Both the position numbers and the translations under genes were made by a program. A stretch of 61,373 nucleotides of DNA from Candidatus Poseidoniaceae archaeon (GTDB taxonomy: Archaea; Thermoplasmatota; Poseidoniia; Poseidoniales; Poseidoniaceae), in contig JBJLAY010000040.1 of assembly GCA_045568475.1 (NCBI GenBank), positions 1-61,373 of the forward strand, read 5' to 3'. Positions within the stretch are counted from its first letter, which is position 1; the number at the start of each line of letters is the position of its first letter. Positions 19,401 to 27,100 of the stretch are shown in pieces. Under the pieces are notes generated by a model. The model saw only the letters and a program-made list of their open reading frames with translations. It was not told the DNA's origin and ran no database searches.

Positions 19401-21204
19401 TGGAACACAGTGGAATGATACTGATGGCGATGGCTTTGGAGATGAACCTACAGGAACATTAGCTGATGACTGTGTTAGCACTGCTGGAACTTCATGGCAA
19501 AACGGTACGCTTGGTTGTCCAGATGCCGATAGTGATGGATGGGCTGACCAAGAAGATAGCTTTGAATCGGACCCAACTCAATGGCACGATGTTGATGGAG
19601 ATGGATATGGAGACAATATTGGAGGGACAAATCCAGATTCCTGCCCAACTGTTTGGGGTAACTCAACCCAAACAGCACTAGGTTGTCCTGATTCTGACGG
19701 TGACGGATGGGCAGATTCTATCGATGCACTGCCTGCCGACGATACTCAATATTCTGACCAAGATGGCGATGGTTATGGAGACAATCCAAACGGAACTGAT
19801 GCTGACGTTTGTCCACAGGTGTTTGGTAACTCTACCATCGATAGACTAGGATGTGTGGATACTGATGGTGACGGAGTTTCTGACCTCAATGATGATTTCC
19901 CATTAGATCCAACAAGAATATTGGATACAGATGGTGACGGGTACGATGACGTTGAAGACGATTGTTTTGATGTGGCAGGAACATCTGTCAATGGCTCATT
20001 GGGCTGCTTCGATGCTGACCAAGATACCTGGGCCGATGCTAACGACTCTTTCCCACTCGATATGACTCAGTGGAATGACACTGACGGTGATGGATACGGA
20101 GATAACCCTCAAGGAATTAATCCAGATTCTTGTCCAACAATTGCTGGAAACAGCACAGCAGACTTATTGGGATGTCTAGACACTGATTTCGACACATGGT
20201 CAGACTCAGGAGATGCATTCCCAACTGATTCATCAGAGTGGGTTGACAATGATTCTGATGGGTTTGGAGACAATATCGACGACTGCCCGACACTAGCAGG
20301 ACTGTCAACAAACGGTAGCATCGGCTGTCTAGATGACGATGGTGATACTTGGTCAAACGACAATGATTTCCTCCCAGATGATTCAACTCAATGGATTGAT
20401 ACAGATGATGATGGATTAGGAGATAACACTCAAGGGACGAATGGAGACGACTGCCCTGCACAAGCAGGTACATCTTCAATTGACAAAGTAGGATGTCCTG
20501 ACAATGATAGAGATGGCTGGTCTAATTCTGGCGATGAATTCCCTGACCACGGGTCACAACACGTTGATACCGATGGCGATGGTTATGGAGACAATAACTC
20601 CCCAGGTGCTGAATTAGCAGACCACTGGCCAGATGATAGCACAAGAAATACTGCAGAAGTGTTACTATCTTGTGACCCTGTAGAATTCGAAATCGATATC
20701 GCATTAGACCCAAGTGTGGAATTTACTTGTACTGTAACTAACATGATTCAAAATGACTTGACTGTTAAGGTTGAATGGCGCTCAATGAATGCGATTGATA
20801 CTGGTGTACGCACCCATATTCATGTCATTCCAGGAGGAGGATCTCTAAGTGTTTCATTCTCTGGACAAATTGTCGAAAAAGGAGATATCAATTCTGTTAT
20901 TGAAGCCAGTGAGCCGGGAGCTGTGTCATCTATGGCCTTCACATCAATTCAAATTGAAGCGATTAACTCGGCAGACGGCGATTCATTTGATGATCTACTA
21001 GAACAGGCGCAAGAGGTCCCTCACATCCAAGAAATTGTGGCGGTGACTCTAGCAGTTATTCTGGCACTATTCCTTGCATACAATGCACGCCGCAACAATC
21101 TGAAACAAAAGGCAGAGCGCAGAGAACACATCAATCAGCGCCAATCTGGCAGATATGTGATGGATGAAAATAGCAGATTTGACAGATTACCTCCGAGGAA
21201 TTAG
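16480..21204 (+). CDS. Secreted subtilisin-like (S8) serine protease with 12 Ca-binding repeat modules and a C-terminal TM anchor
   Basis: Signal peptide MTSNMRAVAIVGLLILSSFGSVAA. Catalytic motifs VAVADSGLD (Asp), HGTHVAGS (His), GGTSMACP (Ser). The repeat region is listed separately. C-terminal helix IVAVTLAVILALFLAY followed by a basic tail. Confidence 0.85.
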   Translation: MTSNMRAVAIVGLLILSSFGSVAAWQPAIVEEGDFIGLRNGDVKSIPIGEMQEKSYHGFWMLTHEYPVPSEWIHELADAGVECWSFLPVSSFHCELNGHTASELERLEVEGMAEMPPSAKIHPKVMPAMEGEIKQYMISEGMGFLQITLSGNELPEGIEDRGDVTLIDHSWRWANVAVSPSGVKWLSEQSKVEWIEPNFEFTMDNDVADGIISADVLQSASQMAGIDSSWSALDGTGVVVAVADSGLDNGVNNSGMHPDFRDHILDIKAFPVAPGLQSLVNPPYNDGASDVSGHGTHVAGSVLGDGTESNGVIKGIAPEAQLYMQAVEVYADYTTFAENNYWWAVDGYGLRGIPSDVNQLFDEAAANGSNIHTNSWGSDADGEYTSTSMQTDNASMNHPGMLILTSAGNNGHDGNGDGEVDLDTMGSPATAKNVFTIGASENYRPTISYGHFGTGVDDWGEIWPANYSTAPVGTDHAANNSEGMTAFSSRGPADDTRIKPDIAAPGSFILSTLSRSSSTTGWGTYNSSYVYMGGTSMACPITAGAAALLYQHMYDNLGHTDPSSALIKGIMSATAHDMTGQYGSATNGAGETAPNNHEGHGLLDLDRAVNSTFVDNESVGTGDSLGFRFVVPNSAPDMHVMLSWTDYPSTTVASTNLVNDLDFALKDPSGNWVEYGNNIDNLYGAKISSPAQGTWEVHINGSNVPQGPQKFALVIDANYILTNLSSDQDGDGFQDDNDDCPTVSGSSTNDLSGCPDSDGDGWSNTGDDFPNEVTQWVDSDSDGYGDNPSGSSPDSCVSLSGTSSSDRFGCVDTDSDTWSNPDGLWTIAQGADSCASTWGNSTVDRNGCLDNDGDGQSNLNDVLENDSSQWLDTDGDAFYDNPNPATNWDDCPTVWGNSTIDLQGCLDSDGDGVSNIGDPWPNDPTRSVDTDGDGFSDNEDDCPNFAGNSTWILQGCLDADGDGRTVEYDLFPADGTQWNDTDGDGFGDEPTGTLADDCVSTAGTSWQNGTLGCPDADSDGWADQEDSFESDPTQWHDVDGDGYGDNIGGTNPDSCPTVWGNSTQTALGCPDSDGDGWADSIDALPADDTQYSDQDGDGYGDNPNGTDADVCPQVFGNSTIDRLGCVDTDGDGVSDLNDDFPLDPTRILDTDGDGYDDVEDDCFDVAGTSVNGSLGCFDADQDTWADANDSFPLDMTQWNDTDGDGYGDNPQGINPDSCPTIAGNSTADLLGCLDTDFDTWSDSGDAFPTDSSEWVDNDSDGFGDNIDDCPTLAGLSTNGSIGCLDDDGDTWSNDNDFLPDDSTQWIDTDDDGLGDNTQGTNGDDCPAQAGTSSIDKVGCPDNDRDGWSNSGDEFPDHGSQHVDTDGDGYGDNNSPGAELADHWPDDSTRNTAEVLLSCDPVEFEIDIALDPSVEFTCTVTNMIQNDLTVKVEWRSMNAIDTGVRTHIHVIPGGGSLSVSFSGQIVEKGDINSVIEASEPGAVSSMAFTSIQIEAINSADGDSFDDLLEQAQEVPHIQEIVAVTLAVILALFLAYNARRNNLKQKAERREHINQRQSGRYVMDENSRFDRLPPRN
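18658..20596 (+). repeat. 12 tandem, in-frame, ~55-aa Asp-rich modules (thrombospondin type 3-like DxDxDGxxDxxD Ca-binding motifs with paired Cys)
   Basis: I counted 12 occurrences of the x-G-C-x-D-x-D-x-D-(G/T)-W core (LSGCPDSDGDGW, RFGCVDTDSDTW, RNGCLDNDGDGQ ... KVGCPDNDRDGW). Each is followed by FP.D..QW.D.D.DG.GDN. The copies are diverged at the DNA level. Confidence 0.8.
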
Positions 21205-21247
21205 ACCGAATTGGCTAAGAAGAGAACGCCCTCGGACAGATTACTTC

Positions 21248-21319
21248 GCGGATATGGTGAAGTGGTTATCACCTGAGGTTTCCAACCTCATGTCGTGGGT
21301 TCGATTCCCGCTATCCGCA
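21248..21319 (+). tRNA. tRNA-Gly (anticodon UCC)
   Basis: Manual cloverleaf. Acceptor GCGGATA/TATCCGC. D arm GTGA-AGTGGTTA-TCAC. Anticodon arm TGAGG-TTTCCAA-CCTCA (anticodon TCC). 4-nt variable loop. T arm GTGGG-TTCGATT-CCCGC. Discriminator A. CCA is not encoded. 72 nt. Confidence 0.9.
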
Positions 21320-21399
21320 TCCATCTCTAGCGCTGATTTGCGGATTGCTTTTCGCAATCCCCCCATATATTGAAGAATAATGGAATATGCGCGAAGCGC

Positions 21400-22803
21400 A
21401 TGAACCGTCAACTATCTGCCCTATTTTTGACTGTACTATTTTTTGTGGCCCCTCTAGCCGGATGTTTCGGTGATGAAGAAAAGGAGCCAGTAGTTCCTGC
21501 AGACTCATTCCAAATCGATTTCGTTAACCCTGGAGATGCGATTCTACGATCTGGAGAATTTCATGACTTTACACTAGAAGGAAAGGGTAACGCTATCTCT
21601 ACCGATTCTGATGTAATGATTTTCATTAACGGAACTTATGTTCAAAGCCATAGCGTAATCGTTGAAGATAATACGGTATTTGGTCAACTTTTGACTACAC
21701 CTTACACTACAGAAGTCAACATCGCTTTCATGAGTAGCGATGGACAAACTGAAGCAGTCGAGGTACCTATTACCAATGGAACTCCTATTGTAAATGGTGA
21801 AGAATGGTTTGAGAAGATTGACTTTATCACAAGTATTTGTACAGACACGACCAAATGTGGAGGCTATGTTAATCGATGGATGGGTGCAGGAAATGCATTC
21901 TATGAGCGTGCAGCGGAATATTTCAAAGGTCATTTTGAAGGCCTCGGATATGAAACTCACTTGCTTAGGGTCACAGATCACGGAAACTTAGCACAGCCAG
22001 AAAGTCTCAATGTTATTGCATGGAAACAAGGACGCAATGACAACTGCGTTCAAGGAATGGGTGGCCACATGGATATTGCACCTCCAGGAGGGCCCCCCGG
22101 TGGTGGAACTTACGAAGGTGCGTATGATAACACAGCAGGTACTGTTGCAATGATGCTATACGCTCGTGCTTTTGCGGATTTGACTTTCGAATGTGACACA
22201 TTCCTAGCACTTTGGTCCAGTGAAGAAGAAGGGCTTCGCGGCTCCAACGCATTCGCTAACAACAACTGCGATTATTGTCTACCTCAAGATAAGGAACTTG
22301 AATTCTACATCAACATGGATATGATGGGGATGTCTTGGCCTGCTCACAAGTCAAATGGAGATCCATTCCCTTACCATGCTTGGTCAGGCCCTGATGCTGA
22401 TCCTGAGGTACAAGATGTTGAGATAACATCGGTTCTCGAACATGTACATTTCGAAATACTAAACGCACCACGTGATTTGCGAATCGATGGTACTTATGGT
22501 GCTGGATGTGACCAGCACTGGGATGAGCATGCAGACTTGGTATTCGATGTTCATGAAGACACATTTGGACGCTCAGACCACGTTACTTTCCGTGATTTGG
22601 GAGCTCAAACAATCTTCCACCTAGGCGCATATGATGCTGATTATGATGCTTACCACTCACCTTCCGATACACTCGATAACATGATTGCAGAAGTCGGTGG
22701 CCAAGAAGAATTAGAACAGAGTATGGAGTTCGTAATGTGGGCTGCAATGCTGGAATTCATTATTGCAGACCAAACTCCTGAAATCAGGAATCTAAATGCT
22801 TGA
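21400..22803 (+). CDS. Secreted M28-family metallo-aminopeptidase, lipoprotein-like
   Basis: Signal/lipobox MNRQLSALFLTVLFFVAPLAGC. Zn-ligand-type motifs GGHMDIAP, YDNTAG, WSSEEEGLRGS, NMDMMG, AYHSPSD. Confidence 0.75.
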   Translation: MNRQLSALFLTVLFFVAPLAGCFGDEEKEPVVPADSFQIDFVNPGDAILRSGEFHDFTLEGKGNAISTDSDVMIFINGTYVQSHSVIVEDNTVFGQLLTTPYTTEVNIAFMSSDGQTEAVEVPITNGTPIVNGEEWFEKIDFITSICTDTTKCGGYVNRWMGAGNAFYERAAEYFKGHFEGLGYETHLLRVTDHGNLAQPESLNVIAWKQGRNDNCVQGMGGHMDIAPPGGPPGGGTYEGAYDNTAGTVAMMLYARAFADLTFECDTFLALWSSEEEGLRGSNAFANNNCDYCLPQDKELEFYINMDMMGMSWPAHKSNGDPFPYHAWSGPDADPEVQDVEITSVLEHVHFEILNAPRDLRIDGTYGAGCDQHWDEHADLVFDVHEDTFGRSDHVTFRDLGAQTIFHLGAYDADYDAYHSPSDTLDNMIAEVGGQEELEQSMEFVMWAAMLEFIIADQTPEIRNLNA

Positions 22804-23050
22804 TGTGAGGAAATGGTTGACCCTATTTCCGAACTTGTAGTGGCAATTGGAGAAACTGTTGCTAAGGATAGCGAATTTCTAAACTCTGAAAGCAAAACCA
22901 AGTCTAGAATAATTCACGCACTATACTACATAGTCCCAATATCAATATTAGTCGGTTTCTACTTTTGGACTGTGTATTGATAACTACAACTTTCTAAAGT
23001 TGAAAGGCGATAGAATTAGACAATGTTTTTTGTAGTTCATCAAGCCATTA

Positions 23051-23497
23051 TTGCGCATGGAGGAAGAACAAACTGCTATTGACTCAGAAGAAAAGCAGCC
23101 CAATAAGTTGTGGAAACTTGTCGCTAGTTCTTCCGTTATTGCATCAATGTGCTGTCTTCCATCAGTAGTATTGGTGATGTTTGGTATTGCATCAGTATCG
23201 ACTGGTGCTGCATTATCTGACACATTGTACTGGGGCGAAGATGGATATTCATGGTTCAGACCGCTAATGCTAGCAATTGCAGCAATTACTGTATGTGTAG
23301 GGTTGGTATTCTACTTCAGAAGCCAGGGTGTTTGCACCATAGACCAAGCAAAACGTGAGCGAAGGAAAATCATTAACACATCAATAATGATCATAATAAT
23401 CTCTTACTTGAGTTACCTATTACTGAATTATGTAATACTGACTGAGATTGGAATTCTGTTTGGTCTACCTTGGGAATCTAGTAGAGTTTGGAACTAG
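23051..23497 (+). CDS. Hypothetical 4-TM membrane protein with a Cys-Cys pair in TM1
   Basis: 148 aa. ...SVIASMCCLPSVVLVMFG... recalls the vicinal-Cys TM1 of MerT/MerC-type metal transporters, but the similarity is too weak to name. Confidence 0.4.
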   Translation: MRMEEEQTAIDSEEKQPNKLWKLVASSSVIASMCCLPSVVLVMFGIASVSTGAALSDTLYWGEDGYSWFRPLMLAIAAITVCVGLVFYFRSQGVCTIDQAKRERRKIINTSIMIIIISYLSYLLLNYVILTEIGILFGLPWESSRVWN

Positions 23498-23501
23498 TGA
23501 T

Positions 23502-24191
23502 TCAAACATTATTTCTGGTTGTTTTACATCCAACCGAAAAGTTGGGATTATCTTTCATTGCTTCTAAAGTAGCATCTAAGAGGTCATCTTCGGCAGACCT
23601 TGGATTATCTCCGGCCTGCCTCCATGCAACTGAAACCATTAATTCATCATGGATGAAAGACACTACCTGATGTTCTCCTATTGAGATATCTCTAGGATTC
23701 AGATGCATGCCTTTTTTCTCTGCTTTTTGTACTGCTTCTTTGGCAGTCCAGATTCTAATCGCTTGATCTGAATTAGATTTCAACCAATCTAATTCTTCAC
23801 CTTTAGCCATCATGTCAAATGCATTTTCTTGAATGCCTCTATCGCTAGGCTCACCATCAATTCCAACCCAATATCCTGGCTCAATTAATGCACAAACCGC
23901 CCATTCCCCAGAATGCCCGATACTGATATCTGGCAGAGGTTCATTTTTCCAAACACCATCTAGCCACGATAGATATGGAGCCCTCTCTTCAGTTCGTAAC
24001 ACTTCGATTGAATCGATAGGAATATTCCATGTTTTGAGACATTCCTCCAATAGTAGGCGTCCAGAATTATGGTCTGCTATTCGCTTATCTGTTGCACGAG
24101 GAATCTCTTCGGCTAGAGTGCTCGAACACTCTTCTATTCTCTTACGCGCAATTAGCATGCGTGGACCCTTTGGAGGATCCATAATTTCCAC
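23502..24191 (-). CDS. Sfp/PfaE-type 4'-phosphopantetheinyl transferase
   Basis: PPTase core motifs WVGIDGEP (G-I-D-x-E) and IWTAKEAVQKAEKKG (W-x-x-KEA-x-x-K). It starts 4 nt after the megasynthase stop (GTG 24191, or ATG 24182 preceded by AGGTGG). Confidence 0.8.
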   Translation of the reverse strand: MEIMDPPKGPRMLIARKRIEECSSTLAEEIPRATDKRIADHNSGRLLLEECLKTWNIPIDSIEVLRTEERAPYLSWLDGVWKNEPLPDISIGHSGEWAVCALIEPGYWVGIDGEPSDRGIQENAFDMMAKGEELDWLKSNSDQAIRIWTAKEAVQKAEKKGMHLNPRDISIGEHQVVSFIHDELMVSVAWRQAGDNPRSAEDDLLDATLEAMKDNPNFSVGCKTTRNNV

Positions 24192-24195
24192 CTAA

Positions 24196-27100
24196 TCACC
24201 TCTCAAGAGTGAATCTTTGATCCTCTGCTACTTCGCCCATGGCCTTGAGGCGTAATCCCTTGAGAGAGATTACTGGGGCATCATCATCGCCGACTATTAC
24301 TACATCATGTACAGTTACTCCTGCATCTTCTGTAGCTTGTTTGATTGAACGAACACGTAATTTCTCATCTGCTTCAGGAACTCGTAGCATTGTAGACCAC
24401 TCGATTCCAATAGGTAGGCTAGAGAATCCTTCACTTTCCATTGCAGCCAGTCCGGCATTTTGGAATCCTGCCTCAATCAGCATAGGTAATGCATCAAGGA
24501 GGACTTCTTCTCCTTCTGATTCCAAAGCGAATTGGTCTGTTGCTGGTAATTGATGACGCATCAGGGCGATTCCATCTACACCATTCTCAACTCCTCGCAA
24601 TACTCCTCCATGGGATTGGAACCTAGGGCCGTGGAAGTATCTTAGATAGATGAAACTTGAATGATGCATTAATTCGCCATCTGCAGGTGTACCAATTGCT
24701 GGTAGTGCTTCGATTTCAGATTGCAAGAAAGTGCTCAAGTCATCGCTTGAGGCAACTAGTCTAACCTTTGCTTGATGATGCAATCTTGGCTCACCGAATA
24801 TTTCTCCCTTCGAGTTTACCAAATCTGAAACTAATCGGCAATTCACCCACGATAAATCTCCATTGGTCTTTTCCAAATTTGCTTCAACTCTAACCGTCAT
24901 CGCACCTTTCATTATCTTGACAGGAAGGCCGAATGAAACTTCTTCGAAACCAGCAATACAGTGTCCGGGCATCAACAGCAATGAGTTCTCAGCAAACATT
25001 TCCATAGCCATTACACCGGGATGATAAGGCACTCCATCGATTGCATGGTCAACCAAGAATGGGTGGTCTTGAACCGAAAGAGTACATTGAGAGACCAATG
25101 ATTTGCCTTCATCTAGTGATACTAACTTGTCGATTAATGGGAATCTGCGAGGATCTGCAATTGATGCTGCCATTTCTGCGGGAAGTTTTAGTGGGGCTTC
25201 TCTAAAGGAATCGTATCTATCCATCAGACCTAATGAGCCACATCCAAGAACTCTTCTTTTGCCACCAGCAAGCGCTTCTCCAACGAATATCTCAACTCCG
25301 TCTTCAACAGATAATGTTTCAATTCCAGCAGACTCGAAGACTGCTTCGATAGAACCTCTTGTAGCCATTCCAACATCTCGCCATCCTGTCCATCCAATAG
25401 CTACTGCTCTGCAATCTCCTGTTGCAGTCAGTCTGGCCATCTCTGCGTCTAGGATTGAATTGGCTGCTGCGTAATCGGTTTGACCACCGTTTCCAAATCT
25501 TCCAGCAACGCTGGTAAAGGCACAGGCGAATCTCAAAGAATCGCCTGCTACTGAATAGAGAGACTTCCAACCATCGACCTTGACTCGAACTATCAAATCG
25601 AATGTGCTCCATTCTTTGTCAGCGACTAATTTGGACTCTTCAAGTCCAGCACCATGAACGATACCAGTCACGCTTCTTCCGTTGACTGCGGCGCTAATAC
25701 TAGTTGAATCGGTTACATTTGCCGAATGATATTCTGCTTGATTACCACCGTTTTCAATCTCCTTAATTGTACGATAAATATCCATGCTGCGAGTTAGTTT
25801 AGTCCAGGCATTATTCCATTCAACCATCGTTACTTTGCCGGTCTCAGATTCTGCGATTAGGGATTCTCTAAGTTCCATCTTTCGAGTATTGAGTTGCTCA
25901 TCACTCCAATCTAACCACGATGCAGTCTCTTCAGCGAGTTTGCTTCTGCCCAGCAACAAGAATGTTGCACCTGCATCTTTGCTTGCATTTGAAACACCGA
26001 TAATGGATGCTGCAGTTACGCCTGATCCTCCACCACTTACCAACCAAATATCATCTGATTGTAGTGGTTTGATGTCATCAACTAGATCTTCTGCAAAACA
26101 GACCATTGTCCATCTTCGTCCGTCTCTGTCAATTCCAATTTCAACATCGCCACCTGAATTAAACATGTCATTATCGATAATCTCAGCTGCTGCTGCTGCA
26201 TCGATTATCAATTCAGGATGCAAATCCAAGGCTCGACATCTGAGGTTTTCACGTTCAAAACCATAGGACTTGGTTACGCCACTTGCCCCGCAGGCTAGCG
26301 CATTGAATCTGTCACCACGGTTACCATGCCTTCCGTCAATGGCTGTCACACTACCAACAATTCCTGCTGAAATAACACCTAATTGAGAATCTAATCCCTT
26401 GAGTAATCCAAACCATGATTGTGCAGCAAGTGCAACTTGGTTCGAAGGCCCTTCAGATTCCCAAGTGCTTCCAGTTAGGGACAAAGGTGCCAGGTGGATT
26501 ATTCCCCCAACTCCATCAATTCTTGAGCATACTTCTGCAATTTGTTCTTCGCTATTTGGATTTGCTCTGAAAGTATGTCCAGATAATTCCTCTTGCTCAG
26601 TGACTGACTTCGCACCGAATTCGAATCCAATTTTAGCAACTGAAAGTCCCTTTTCGGTTAGCCTGGTTGCTAGAGCATCAGCAACTCCCCAACTATCCTG
26701 TGTAATGACAATGGTTCCGCCAATTGGGAGCCCTTCTGCCACAGCAGGACAGGGTTCTACCTCAACTTGCCATCTTCTGGTGGATGTTTTTGCAGGACTT
26801 GAAGCCGGAGCGACCGGATCCGCAATAGGGGTTGCAACCGCTTGAACAGGTGCAGAAACAGGTTCTGCTGTGACGGTAGTGGATGCACTTCCACCTTTCA
26901 TTTTCTGAATGTATGCTACAAAGTGATTCAATGTTGGATGGTCGGATAGAACGAAGTCCTCATCGACAGGTAGAGAGAAGATTTCTCTAACGTCACCCAT
27001 TATTTCGGCTTGCTTTACTGTATCAATTCCAAGTTCACCTTCTAGGTCTTGATCCATTTCAATAAAGTCATCAGGATAACCTGTGTGCTTTACTACGACT

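Noticed and set aside
18658-20596. The Asp-rich repeat region, considered as a hypervariable (DGR-like) target or a mobile repeat.
   Set aside because: No reverse transcriptase or template repeat is nearby. The copies are diverged throughout rather than at selected codons, so it is an ordinary tandem domain array.
21164-21373. A 69-aa ORF spanning the S8-gene end and the intergenic region.
   Set aside because: It runs straight through the tRNA-Gly gene (21248-21319), so it is not coding.
21205-21400. The tRNA-Gly as a possible integration site for a genomic island, possibly the FAS/PKS operon.
   Set aside because: No integrase, recombinase, transposase or direct repeat of the tRNA 3' end was seen within several kb. 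Flanking genes are ordinary secreted peptidases.
22813-22980. A 55-aa ORF (MVDPISELVVAIGETVAKDSEFLNSESKTKSRIIHALYYIVPISILVGFYFWTVY) after the M28 peptidase gene.
   Set aside because: A single predicted TM helix is the only feature, and there is no clear RBS. It is plausible but unsupported, so it is not listed as a feature.
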